Shown piece after piece: positions 53,292-64,000 of a DNA stretch of 64,000 bases. Source of the DNA: Corallochytrium limacisporum Hawaii (lineage: Eukaryota; Protista; Pluriformea); NCBI GenBank assembly GCA_002811645.1, contig PDIP01000019.1, positions 334,465-398,464 on the forward strand, in the 5' to 3' direction. A program made the position numbers and the translations under genes. The stretch's first letter is position 1, and every line of letters starts with the position of its first letter. The notes beneath the pieces are model-generated. The model was not told where the DNA came from, did not search any database, and was given only the letters and a program-made list of their open reading frames with translations.

Positions 53292-54166
53292 CTTGAATGT
53301 ACTGTTTATTGCTTATCCCGGAGCGATTGAGTAATGCTGATTCGTACATCGCTTAGCAAAACAATTAAAACTTAAGAACCAGTCTAAACAAGACATAATG
53401 CCTCACCTTCATCGTCTTCGAGCAACTCGGGAATATGGCGCAGAATCTATGCTGCTTGTTGTGAATGACCGGGCAGTCTGGTTTGGATATGGTCTGTGAC
53501 CGTGGCATACGCAGCAACCATAACAAAATGGAACTGAGGGGAGAACAGCTTCCCACAACTCTACCGCTGCAGGAATGAGGTTATGTAATGGGGGGGCGTT
53601 ACGTTACGACACGTGGAGAAATGAGGCAGGAATCTATTGCGACACACACAGTGAGCAGGGAGGGAAAACTCAAGGAGCGCGCGCGCAAAGTTTCCAGACG
53701 AGAGCGAGAGAGAGAATGAGCGAGGGAAGCTCTACCGCACGGAAAAACCAAAGTTCGCCCTGCACTCCAAAAATTTGCAGTTGGCAGCGCCCCGGAGGGG
53801 TTGAAGGTTGCCATTTGCTGCTGCTGTCAGCAATACGCAGTCGCTGGGTGAGAAGGGGGGGACGTTGTTGCCGAAACGCCAAAACAAAAAGTTGGTAACA
53901 AAACGAAGACAGGGGAGCACGCACTTTTGCGCCAAGCCCCAAGCCCGGGGAGGGAAGGAGAAAGTGGGGGGGTTGGGGGGAGGGAGAGGGGAAGAAGAAC
54001 GAGAGGACTTTTTCTGCGGCGGTGCCGGGTAGAAATAGCGAGCAAGGGGTCGCATCCCGAAGGGGCCTTGGAAGGCCGGTCATTTACCAACATAGTTCGG
54101 ACTCGGGTCAAGATGGCAGGGGGAGGGGGGGGGGCGGAGAGACACAGGCAGGAACCACGGAGGGTG

Positions 54167-54277
54167 GCCATAGCAAATGTACTGACGCCTCAGATCTGCC
54201 ATAGTAAACGTTTTGACGCCTCCCATCTGCCATAGTCAATGTACTGACGCCTCAGATCTGCCACAGTAAATGTACTA
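54167..54277. repeat. 31-bp minisatellite, about 3.6 copies
   Basis: Units: GCCATAGCAAATGTACTGACGCCTCAGATCT / GCCATAGTAAACGTTTTGACGCCTCCCATCT / GCCATAGTCAATGTACTGACGCCTCAGATCT / GCCACAGTAAATGTACTA. Confidence 0.9.
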
Positions 54278-55226
54278 GTAGCGGATTCATCTAGAATTAA
54301 AGCCGTCCGTATACGTTCCCCCACGTTTTCTCCGGTCACCCCGCTTTATCCTTCATCAGCTACTTGCACTGGGGGTAGTGCGCGTCGTTCCTTGTTAGGG
54401 CGAGAAAACGGGTCCGGTCCTGCTGCCTGCGAATAGTTCGGAACAAGGCCGGGTGGCAGAACCAAGTGGGGTGGTATACTGCAGAACTGCGGGTTGTCCC
54501 TGCGCTTTGAAATCTCGGTGATGAGGGGTTGTGTGTTTGGCACAGGTTTTGGTCTCCTCGCTGGTTTGAGCAGCCAATGTTGCAGTTACAGGCCCATTTT
54601 GGGGGGGGGGGGGCGTTCCGGCGACAGCGCAGCCTGCCCCGGCCGCAAAAAGTAAACGGGAGGAAATCGCAGGGGGCCACCCACACCCGCACCCATCACA
54701 CCAGTCCCGCTAGCTTGTAGTCAATGGCCCGCGGGGTATGACCTAGTGATATCTCTGTACGAACCAACTGTGCGACTGCGTGTATATAGGTTAACGGAGT
54801 AGTCCTACTGCACAAAAAAAACTAGGTCGTGCGCGTTAGTCATGAAGTTCGCAAACGCAGCAGTTCGTGCTATGCTTCTGCTATCTTCACCTTCTCCAGC
54901 TCTTAGCAGGTTTGTGTGGACCGAGTGACGTAGACAAAGGGGTTCCATGCAACAACGACAGACAGTTCACTTTTGTCAAGACGGGTACTTGATAGAGTCA
55001 ATAGTAAACACCGTCTGAGTACTAGCCTGCCAACAATAGAACTAGTTGATCCCTTAGCCGAGCAGGTCTTGGCGGGTAAATTTTGATAACGTGCTGGTTT
55101 AAATTTGGACGGTAAATTTGACTTCGGGAACAGGACTGTTAGGTCGCGCTGATTCAAAGGTATCAGAAGTGAATTTTGTCCGCATCTTTCACATTTGTAC
55201 ATTAGCAACTACAGCAATACGCCAAC

Positions 55227-55784
55227 ATGCGGGTCAGGGCCTTGTATAGAGATCCGGACACTGAGGTGGACGTGGCGCAGTTGTATGAAATTGATGAAGA
55301 TATGACGGTTCAAGATATGAAATTGTGTATTTTTGAGCGTTTCCTCTCACCAGAATTCAATATCCGTGTGATTCACCACGGCAGGGAGCTCTCGGATGAC
55401 TCACAGTTGTTCCGACAGGCTGTGAGGCTCATGCATGACACATATAACACAGAGACAGTGATCACTTTGCATGCGTTGATCCGTCGCATTGACGTGCACC
55501 AGACGCCATACGAAGCGGAGACTGGAGGGGCGAACGATAGCTTGGGAACTGGATTCAGCGGATCAAGCGTAGCCACCCTTACGAATAGCGGAAAGCACTT
55601 GGTTATGCTGACAGGTTTCCTGCTTATGGTGGCGTGGTACATTACATGGTCATTTCCACGGGCATTCAACTCAGCTGGTATGGTATTGCTCACGCTTTTG
55701 ACGGGTAGCTGGATCTTCTTTGTTACAAGCAGTCGGAGAGATGATCGTCCGGCTGCAGACATGGAGGAGCCTCCAATATTGTGA
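55227..55784 (+). CDS. Transmembrane and ubiquitin-like domain protein (TMUB-like)
   Basis: N-terminal Ubl domain (TVQDMK..., IRVIHHGRELSDD, TLHALI) and a C-terminal TM hairpin (WYITWSFPRAFNSAG..LLT). Confidence 0.75.
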   Translation: MRVRALYRDPDTEVDVAQLYEIDEDMTVQDMKLCIFERFLSPEFNIRVIHHGRELSDDSQLFRQAVRLMHDTYNTETVITLHALIRRIDVHQTPYEAETGGANDSLGTGFSGSSVATLTNSGKHLVMLTGFLLMVAWYITWSFPRAFNSAGMVLLTLLTGSWIFFVTSSRRDDRPAADMEEPPIL

Positions 55785-55959
55785 AAGCACCAACTTTATT
55801 GGCGTTATTACAAATCGGAACAAAACACCTTTGGCATCTGATCACTATTATTGTTGTTCATGTCCATTATCAATATAGGAAAAGCAAATTTATTGAATCG
55901 GTCGTTCGAATGTCTTGCTACGTATGTACATATGTGGTTTATTGAGAGAGAAACTCTGG

Positions 55960-57318
55960 TTATTCCATTCCGGCATTTCCAGCGTATGGTATCGCTCCAG
56001 ACTTTCTGAGCTCTGCCATCTTGTCATCGTCGAAACCCAAGTCCTGGACCAGTACCTCATCCGTATGCTGTCCGAGTAGCGGGGGCGCAGTGCGCACATT
56101 TGCCTCTGCCTTGGAGTACTTCACAGGCACTCCGACCACTTTGATGGAACCCGCTGTCGGGTGATCTACCGTCTGCACCATGCCTCGTGCCTTCACCTGT
56201 TCGTGGTCAAACGTTCCAGCAATACCATTGATGGGTCCGTTAGGGATGTTGATCTTACGGAATCTGACCAACCATTCTGCCGTTGGCCTCTCCTGCATCG
56301 CCTCCTCGATTATAGGGAGCAGAACGTCACGGTTCGTTACCCTGTCTGCATTTGTCAGGAACCGGGGATCGTCCCCCAATTCAGGCCGTCCGAGTTCTTG
56401 GCAAAAGAGCCTGAATTGTCGATCATTCCCCGCACCGATCAACATGCGGCCGTCTTTAGTGTGGAATGATTGGTATGGAACCACAGAACTGTGGGCTGTG
56501 CCCCATCGCTCGCCCTCCATGCCACCGATAAGGTACGAGGAGGCCACATTGGCCAACGATGCCACCTGACAGTCAATAAGACAGCAGTCAATGTGTTGGC
56601 CCTGACCACCATTCTTAGCGCGGTGCAACAGGGCAGCCATGATCGCACCATGGGCGTACAGACCGGTGGTTAGGTCGGTGATTGCAACACCAACTTTAGC
56701 GGGTTCTCCGTCGTGAGCCCCAGTGATGGACATGAGTCCAGCCTCAGCCTCAACGACAACATCATACCCGGCCCGGTCTCTCATCGGCCCGGTTTGACCA
56801 TAACCTGTTATTGAACAATAAATAAGTCCAGGATTATCTTTGCAGAGATCCTCGTAACCCAAACCCTTTCGGTCAAGTGTGCCTGGGAGATAGTTTTCAA
56901 TAACCACATCTGCCCATTCAGTGGCCATGCGTCGGAGAAGTCCAGCACCTTCGGGCTTGCTAAAGTCCACGGCTATGGACCGTTTGTTGCGGTTCACACA
57001 GAGATAGTAGGCAGACTCGCCTCCTGTTGCGTAGGGAGGTCCCCAGGCCCGTGTATCATCGCCAGTGCCGGGTCGTTCCACCTTGACTACGTCAGCTCCC
57101 AAATCCGCCAGGATCATGCTACAATATGGGCCTGCCAGCACTCGTGTCATGTCCAGGATCTTGATTCCTTCGAGGGGTGGTGTCTTATTGTGAGGCTGAC
57201 TGGCATTGCTGTTCATTAGCTGGCGGAAAGTCGACAGATAACGCCGTCCAAGGAGAGACAGCCCTGCCCGGCCAGCATTAGATGCCAAGCAAGAAGTGGG
57301 TCTGTAGAACCTGATCAT
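55960..57318 (-). CDS. SUGCT: Family III (CaiB/BaiF) CoA-transferase, SUGCT-like, with predicted mitochondrial presequence
   Basis: PLEGIKILDMTRVLAGP, GDDTRAWGPP, NRNKRS, SITGYGQTGP, GYD and PPLLGQHT motifs; Arg/Ser/Leu-rich N-terminus. Confidence 0.88.
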   Translation of the reverse strand: MIRFYRPTSCLASNAGRAGLSLLGRRYLSTFRQLMNSNASQPHNKTPPLEGIKILDMTRVLAGPYCSMILADLGADVVKVERPGTGDDTRAWGPPYATGGESAYYLCVNRNKRSIAVDFSKPEGAGLLRRMATEWADVVIENYLPGTLDRKGLGYEDLCKDNPGLIYCSITGYGQTGPMRDRAGYDVVVEAEAGLMSITGAHDGEPAKVGVAITDLTTGLYAHGAIMAALLHRAKNGGQGQHIDCCLIDCQVASLANVASSYLIGGMEGERWGTAHSSVVPYQSFHTKDGRMLIGAGNDRQFRLFCQELGRPELGDDPRFLTNADRVTNRDVLLPIIEEAMQERPTAEWLVRFRKINIPNGPINGIAGTFDHEQVKARGMVQTVDHPTAGSIKVVGVPVKYSKAEANVRTAPPLLGQHTDEVLVQDLGFDDDKMAELRKSGAIPYAGNAGME

Positions 57319-57598
57319 TATGTCTCACACCAACATTTCTTTGTCCATGACCACATCCATGTTTAGGTTTCAAATCTTGTGTGCATCATTCCATTAGTAC
57401 CAGCTAATGCACAACCTTGAACTGTGTGGCATGTGCCATGTTTTGTTCTCATCGTGGTGTGACAGAAGACGAACTGAACCCGCAGTGTGTACCCGGAAAC
57501 GTGTCACTTTTCTCCGATCTCGCCCGTTTGATGCCCGTTTTGGCTTGATCGACAGCAGAGGAAAAAAGTCCCTCCCCGCGGGCACTCTACATCTGCAA

Positions 57599-57651
57599 AC
57601 TGCCGTGGTAGATTAAACCGAACGTACTGCCGTGGTAGATTAAACCGAACG
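57599..57651. repeat. Perfect 26-bp direct repeat (period 27)
   Basis: ACTGCCGTGGTAGATTAAACCGAACG occurs at 57599-57624 and at 57626-57651. Confidence 0.92.
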
Positions 57652-58373
57652 CACCCACTGCACCCAGATTCTGGACCCCCCCCCTCCCGTCTCAGTCCTC
57701 CTCCTAGTGTCCTCGTCCTCTCACTACGCAGTGTGACCAACGAGCGGTGGCAGATCCATCACTGGATCGGGGGCCTAATTTCAAGGCTTAGAAAAATAAT
57801 TTCTTCCCGCCCTTTTGTGTCACCCTTCCTTGTCCACCTGCCCAGGGTCCATCACAACGCCAGGAGAAGACCGTGCCACACCGAAATCGAGCCAGTCGAC
57901 CCGGTCAAATAGAAAGAGTACGGGAGTGAAGGATATCCCCGCTGCCCACTGCGGAGAAAAGTGCAATTATCGTATTGGTAAAGAGAGAGATTTTCGGCGA
58001 ACACAGATGCGTTGATCTTCCGGTGTCGGATGTCAGCAATTACTGTTGGGGATGCGGGAGCCACGCCAAGGATATAAGCGAAGGCAGACGCAAAGTATGA
58101 TCTCTCAACCGCAGTACATTAACACCCTTCGCGTTACTGACTGTCTTTCGACTTTCGGGCAGGAATAAAATTTGCAGGGGCCCTGATGATCCGCCCTCCA
58201 CAATTAGCTGTATCTGGTTAATGAGTGTCGATATATTTGAACGGCCACAAGATTTCTTGAATGGTTTGGGGTGTGTAGTCAAAAGTAAAAAGAAAAAACG
58301 CTGGCGAAGGAGTCCGTACATGTGAACAGCTGCTGCCAGTGTCTTAGTGAATAGAATCGCTTGGCCGCAGACT

Positions 58374-61300
58374 TCATTTGGCGTTGCTGGTCCGGCCACG
58401 GATGCGCACCTGTGGAGTCTCCGACGAGGTCTTAGCACCTTTGCCTGGGGTTTTCGAGAAGTTCTTTCCACCGCGACCTCCTTTGTATCCACCTCGGGCG
58501 CTGCCTTTCACACCTTGCTGCGAAGCGGGTGTCACAGGTGAATCGGCCGTGATACTGGAATGCGGCTCGTAGTCGGAACTATCGTTCATGAGGTCGACGC
58601 CACGGGCTCCGAACGATGCGGAGGCACCGGCACCAGAACCACCACGGGGACGGACAATTGGACTCGGGAAGCCCTTCTTGTTAGATGCAGCAACTTGCTG
58701 CTGTGACCGACGGGTTTGCTCGTTCTGACTATTTCTAGAGCCCTGCTGTGGCTGTTGTCGATGGCGACCGTAGCCTGAAGGTTCTTGCCTCTGTTCATAT
58801 TGCCCTGCTCCGTACTGACCACCATGACGGTACTCATTGCCTGATGGGTTGCCATCCATGACGCTCTCCACCGCGGAAACTGCGATACCGCTACCACCGG
58901 ATGTGCCGTATGCTGATCCACTGTTGTCTTTCGCGTTGGCAGTTCCATAATCGCCGGAGAGGTCAAACTGCTGTCTCATCCGTGCAGTCTGCATCTCAGC
59001 AAGTTGGATAGCACGGGAACGCAGCATTTCCTGCTGCTGGCCCTGTGACAGTAACGATTGGTAGTGTTCAGACAGCTGCATCTCGTATGTGCTCAAATAT
59101 TGCTGTGCAGAGTCCGGATCAATACCGGACTGTTCAAGCTGAGCTTGATAAGCCACCAAGTGCTCTTGCATCTTTAGGCCCAGTTGCTGGCTAAGCTGAG
59201 CCTGCAAATGCTGCTCGATTGTTTGTACCAAGGCGGGGTCGACCCCAGCAGGAATGTTGGCGTCATCGTAGTCGAATTCTGAACTACCGGCTAAATTTGC
59301 TGGATTCGCGCTATAGGCGCCCATACTGTATCCCTGTTGCTGTTGTTGGTGTCCATAGTAATCATATTCGCCACTGTTGTAGCTCTTCTGCTTTTGGGCC
59401 TGTTGTTCTGGGGATCCTTCGACAGTGTCATCCTCTTGAGATTTTTGCTGCTTCGTGGATTCCCCGCCAGATGCGGTGCCACGATTCCATTGATCTTGCG
59501 AGTACCCACTATAGCCCTGAGGACTCTGGTTCGAACCCTGCTCTTCTATTCCACTGTAAGCATTTGAAGTCCCTTCATCGCTGGCTCCGAATCCGGCAAA
59601 CTTGCGCTGAGGTGATGCATTGTAGCTTGCAGATCCGTAGCTGCGGTAATACTCACCCTCGCCTGCAGAAGCAGAGAATGGAGAAGTCTGCTGTTGTCCA
59701 CGGCCACTTCCTGGGGCAGCACCCTCCCAAGCCATACGGGCAAGGTCCATTCGCTTGCGATCCTCTGGTGACACTCCCTGGCCACGGTATCCTACCTCCA
59801 CATTTCCGCTGGTCTGAGACGAAGAAAGGAAATCTGAACGCTTGTTGTGGCCAACACCTGGAAGCTCCTCATCACCTCGATGATCTTCATCATCATCGGC
59901 AATGAATGCACCAACTGCAGCCGTGGCCAGGGCCGCAGCGGACTCTTCATGAGTGTTCTGTTCCTGACCGGAGGCGGACACAGAAGATGCTCCACGCGCT
60001 CCTGGGGGACGCAAGGTAACGGAACCACCAGTAACTGCCTGTTTATGGTCACCACCTTCCGTATATGCCTGTCCCTGGATTGTACCCTCGCGCTGAGAAG
60101 CGACTTTGCCCTCGCTCTTTCGCTTCTCAGCATCTTTCCGCTGCAGATTCTCTAGACGGCGACGTTCCTTGTCGGCCTTCTTGCGTTCAAAATCCTTCTG
60201 CTTCTGGCGTTCCTTGGCCAACTCTCGTTTGCTCACTACGCTTGTGAATTCAGCAAGTTCTGAGTGGTCCACGGCCTGCGTACGGCCGACAACAACGCCG
60301 CTGCGGATTGGCTCCATAGCTTCAGGGTCAAACTTAGGCTTGTTCAACAGAAGATCTTCTAGACCCTCAGCCAATTCATCATCGACGCCGACCAGACCGC
60401 CTGCCTTGGTAGGCTTCCGCTTATCCTTGCGCTCCTGGTCAGCGCCAATAGCAGCCTGCTGTGCTGCTTTCCGCTCCCGGCGTTCGTTGGCCCTGCGCTC
60501 TTCCCTCATGCGCTTCTCCAATTCTTTCTGCTCGCGCCTGAGCGCTCGTTCTTCCCTGCGGCGTCGTTTCTCATCTTCGTCTTCAACGATCCCTTCGGCT
60601 TGCATCTGTTCCTTGCGCTTGCGACGAGCTTCACGACGAGCTTCACGTTCTTCTTCTTTCAGTTTCTCACGCTCTGCCTTACGCTTCTCACGCTCTTGTC
60701 TTCGGGCTTCTTTCTCAGCTCTTCGTGCCTCGGAAGCCAAGCGACGCTGTTCAGCGGCCTCCTCCTCAGAAATAGGCTCTCCAGTGGGACCGACAGGTGC
60801 TCTCAATTCCTCCTCAGGAATCTCAGATTCCTTCAGAGTCATGTCAGGACGACCAGAGGATCCACCACGGCCAGATCCAGAGTACGAAGCACTGGAGTTG
60901 TAGTACGGATCATAATCCAGAGGATCATAGAGACGATCAGAATCACGATGTGACTTACGGGAAGTAGGGTGTGTTCCTTCGCCAGCACCTGAAACTTGTC
61001 CCAGAGAACTTTCCTTTGTGCCAACGCCCGCAGAAGCATCGTCCTTTCCGGATTCACGCTTAAGCTTCTCCTGTTCTTCCGCGGAAATTATTTCAATGAA
61101 TGACTTGGGTTTCGGTCCTTCCGTATCATCCTTCTTCTGAATCTGCCACGGCATTTGTGGAGGTTTGAAATCTGGTACCTTGGCCGTGTTTTCAGTCGAA
61201 ATGGTGCTGTGCGACAGTGACGGCATCACATCGGTCTCTGTGATTTCCGGAGATTCTAGATCATTGAATGTCCTATCCTGTGCACTAACCCCAATTTCGT

Positions 61301-62243
61301 CTTCTCCTACGGGAGTACTACCCTTTTGACTCTCCTTGTCACCTCGCTTGAGAATCTTCACGGGTTTTTCAATGGGGGTAAATTGGATACCCTTCCGCGT
61401 AACAAGAACAGGCTGGGTTATTGCTGGAGCATACCGTGAACTTGCGCCAGCTTCCCGACCATATTCGTCCGTTTCGTCGTTGCTATCGAACTCCTCGGTT
61501 CTCTGTGGCTTTTCCTGGTGCTGCTGCTGCGATAGTGGTTGCTGCTCTTGCATGTGTCTTTGCCTTTGTCCAGGTGGAATGTATGGCTGGTACGACCGAT
61601 GTCGCGGAATTTCATCAGCCCACATGCCAGTGCTTTGCTGTTGCTGCCGATGGTACTGCTGCGTTTCACGGACCCCAGACGATCCAAACTGTCCTTGACT
61701 ATCAGTACTATGTTTACGCTCTGCTGGTTGTTCACCCAGCCCAGGAAAGTCTTGGTTGGATAAGTGCTGACCGCCAAATTCCCCGGCAATGTCAAAAGTA
61801 CTACCTGAGGCAGATGCGGGCCCCGCACTACTGGCAGGACTCATTTCACTACCCGTTCCGAGAAGTTCTGCAACACTTCGTTGTGTCTTTGGCGACGCAC
61901 TTTGCAAGTCGGTGGCTGATGTGCCATCGAAGGACTTTCGGGTACTTGATCCCCATCCTGTGGTACCCTTTGGCACAATTTTTGTGTGCGGATCAAGACC
62001 CTGATTCTCTTTCTTAAGTGATGCAAGAGTGACTGGCTTTGGCCCGCTACCAACACTGGCCACTACCCGGCTGCCCGTGATGCGACCAACAAATGGCCCA
62101 ACTGGCTTTTTTGCAGTTGACGCGGCAGCATTTTTGCTAGAAATCTGCTTGAATTTGTCAGCAACATTCAGTGCTGTAGGTTTCTTCTTTGCTGAAAGTG
62201 CGCTCGAGGATGAGGACATGGCGCCAGACTGGGACCCACTCAT
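58374..62243 (-). CDS. PRRC2: PRRC2/BAT2-like protein
   Basis: BAT2 N-terminal motif PKPVTLASLKKENQGLDP..IVPKG.TGWGS, DFPGL, a central Glu/Arg coiled coil, and FTSVVSKR and RMDLARMAWE motifs. First ATG at 62243. Confidence 0.75.
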   Translation of the reverse strand: MSGSQSGAMSSSSSALSAKKKPTALNVADKFKQISSKNAAASTAKKPVGPFVGRITGSRVVASVGSGPKPVTLASLKKENQGLDPHTKIVPKGTTGWGSSTRKSFDGTSATDLQSASPKTQRSVAELLGTGSEMSPASSAGPASASGSTFDIAGEFGGQHLSNQDFPGLGEQPAERKHSTDSQGQFGSSGVRETQQYHRQQQQSTGMWADEIPRHRSYQPYIPPGQRQRHMQEQQPLSQQQHQEKPQRTEEFDSNDETDEYGREAGASSRYAPAITQPVLVTRKGIQFTPIEKPVKILKRGDKESQKGSTPVGEDEIGVSAQDRTFNDLESPEITETDVMPSLSHSTISTENTAKVPDFKPPQMPWQIQKKDDTEGPKPKSFIEIISAEEQEKLKRESGKDDASAGVGTKESSLGQVSGAGEGTHPTSRKSHRDSDRLYDPLDYDPYYNSSASYSGSGRGGSSGRPDMTLKESEIPEEELRAPVGPTGEPISEEEAAEQRRLASEARRAEKEARRQEREKRKAEREKLKEEEREARREARRKRKEQMQAEGIVEDEDEKRRRREERALRREQKELEKRMREERRANERRERKAAQQAAIGADQERKDKRKPTKAGGLVGVDDELAEGLEDLLLNKPKFDPEAMEPIRSGVVVGRTQAVDHSELAEFTSVVSKRELAKERQKQKDFERKKADKERRRLENLQRKDAEKRKSEGKVASQREGTIQGQAYTEGGDHKQAVTGGSVTLRPPGARGASSVSASGQEQNTHEESAAALATAAVGAFIADDDEDHRGDEELPGVGHNKRSDFLSSSQTSGNVEVGYRGQGVSPEDRKRMDLARMAWEGAAPGSGRGQQQTSPFSASAGEGEYYRSYGSASYNASPQRKFAGFGASDEGTSNAYSGIEEQGSNQSPQGYSGYSQDQWNRGTASGGESTKQQKSQEDDTVEGSPEQQAQKQKSYNSGEYDYYGHQQQQQGYSMGAYSANPANLAGSSEFDYDDANIPAGVDPALVQTIEQHLQAQLSQQLGLKMQEHLVAYQAQLEQSGIDPDSAQQYLSTYEMQLSEHYQSLLSQGQQQEMLRSRAIQLAEMQTARMRQQFDLSGDYGTANAKDNSGSAYGTSGGSGIAVSAVESVMDGNPSGNEYRHGGQYGAGQYEQRQEPSGYGRHRQQPQQGSRNSQNEQTRRSQQQVAASNKKGFPSPIVRPRGGSGAGASASFGARGVDLMNDSSDYEPHSSITADSPVTPASQQGVKGSARGGYKGGRGGKNFSKTPGKGAKTSSETPQVRIRGRTSNAK

Positions 62244-64000
62244 GTGGGACGTCGACTTCTTCTGGGCAAGCTCACCATTGAGCGAACCCAAATTAATGGT
62301 TGGTCGGTCGTTTGAGTATGGGACGGGAATTTTTCCTGTTGACCCAAATGTTTGGGTCTTGGTTCTGGATTCCCGTTTATCACTTGTCTCCGTACGGACT
62401 CCTTTTCAGTAGGCCACTGCGCTTGCCTACTTTCATTCGTTGATTCTATATGTTGGAAATGTACTACGTCCTCGTAAAAGTTTGGATTTTGACTCTGCAA
62501 TACCTTAGTGATGTCAAGGAGTATCAGCCATAAGACGGAAGACCCTCATTCGCCCCTTAATTCTTCTTATCGTACGATACCTGGTCGCACACCAATCCCT
62601 TTGCATCGGCGCCACCGTGGCACGCACACATGGGACGCAAGTCGTCGCTGTTCACATAAGCTCTCACCACCGCCTCAATTGGTATTCTTGGTACTGAACA
62701 TATGTACCAATGACTCCCATACTTTGCACAATCCATATAAGTGTCACTCCCTTACTCGTCCGCGTTTTTCCTCCACCACACCAACAAGCCAAGCTCACCA
62801 CCACCCATCAGTGGCTGTGGGCCTCCCTCCCAACCTCTCTGCAACCTGGAGCCCCCTCTCCTCGTCCACCTCCTCTCCAAAAAAAGAAAAAGAACCAACT
62901 CGCGGGAGAGGAGCCGATGCCAAGCGCGCTGCGGGGCGCTGCACGATGCCAAACACAGCGCAAAGCCAAACCTTCGGACCGTCGCCTCTTACGCGGGTGG
63001 TGGTACGGAACCACGAGGGAACCAGCCTCAAGAGCGCCGCACAGCAACAAGCACGGGGCCCAACCCCGCGACGCGGTCAATTTTGACCCAAAAACGCCCA
63101 ACGGCTGTTATTTTTTTTTTCTGGTTCCTTTGGGCTTGGTGTGGCCCTGCTTTGGTCGAGATCCGTTGGCCGTGTCTTTTTCTTTTCTTTTTTTTACCGG
63201 AGGCGATCTCTCTCTCTCTCTTCTCGCTCTCTTTTTGGTCCTCGCCGGGTGGTCGGCCACCACCCGAGAAGGGGCCGTCTCAGCTCAAGTACGGCCCGGC
63301 CCTCTTATCTCGAAAACAGGAACGAAATGGCTTTTTTTTCCCTAGAAGAGCGGTTGCGGAAAAAGGGATGAGCCCAAACGAAGGAAGAAGAAGGCGGGGG
63401 AGGGGGATAGCGCGCGGTGTTATTTCCTTTTTCTTTTTTGGTGGCGCTCGGCCGTTGACTTTCCCTCTGCGGTCTCTCTCCGTTTTTATTCTACTTTTTC
63501 TCTCCCGGGGAGGTTCAAGTTTGGAGCATGACTAAGGCTCTTTCGGGGGACCACCCCGCAAGGGTGGAGGCGAGTATGTACAAACCCGGGAAAAGGAAAA
63601 TAAAAAGACCGGGTGCGCGCGCATGCGCGCGGCGGTTGAGCAAAAAGGGACTCCCTTTACATTCTTGGCGCCGGGTGCTTCAGTATGAAACTGTGCGGCA
63701 GCGGGGGAGGGGAGAGGGACAAAAAAAACACCTGCAGCAGCAAAGGAATAACAGAGGAATAACAGAGCAGTTCAGTCGTCGCAAGGCAGCACGGACCCGT
63801 GCATTCTGAGCTGTCGTTAAAAGCTTCTGGAAAGATCATTCATTTTTTAGGTCAGCGAGACAACCGGGGAAAGAGTGGACTGGCAAGGGGAGCGGGGTGG
63901 TGCAGCCGCCCGCGCCGCTCGGGGACCCACCCACCTTTGCAACATCTTCCTCGGACTCCCCTCTTCTCTCTTCCACTTCTTTTTCGGGAAGAGAGTGGGG

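Noticed and set aside
54167-54277. 31-bp repeats considered as a CRISPR array
   Set aside because: The units are head-to-tail with no unique spacers, there are no cas genes, and the context is eukaryotic.
51479-55784. TGA stops of APTX and TMUB-like genes considered as possible Sec codons
   Set aside because: The proteins look complete at these stops, the families are not known selenoproteins, and I recognised no SECIS-like hairpin by eye.
51621-57318. LKR-like and SUGCT-like genes as a lysine-catabolism gene cluster
   Set aside because: Only two genes, separated by an unrelated TMUB-like gene, and the LKR looks inactive. Proximity alone is insufficient.

Overview
Gene-dense eukaryotic nuclear DNA with three assembly gaps. 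It holds 19 recognisable protein-coding genes, and all of their CDSs are intron-free, including a 7.8-kb talin. Full-length talin, PRRC2, Rabex-5, RGS, Hv1 and MED12 point to a unicellular holozoan. The lack of CDS introns fits Corallochytrium-like genomes, but that assignment is inference only. The most striking element is non-coding: a eukaryote-type (9/4) selenocysteine tRNA gene (UCA anticodon) at 37255-37398. It is interrupted in the T-loop (position 59/60) by a 56-nt intron whose junctions form a textbook archaeal-type bulge-helix-bulge motif, and it is followed by a genome-encoded CCA and a T9 terminator. Other notable points: a probable dicistronic PTRHD1-PRMT5 unit, short spliceosomal-type introns apparently restricted to UTRs, an Hv1 lacking the first S4 arginine, a stand-alone and probably inactive lysine-ketoglutarate reductase, and two tandem repeats that share a core motif.
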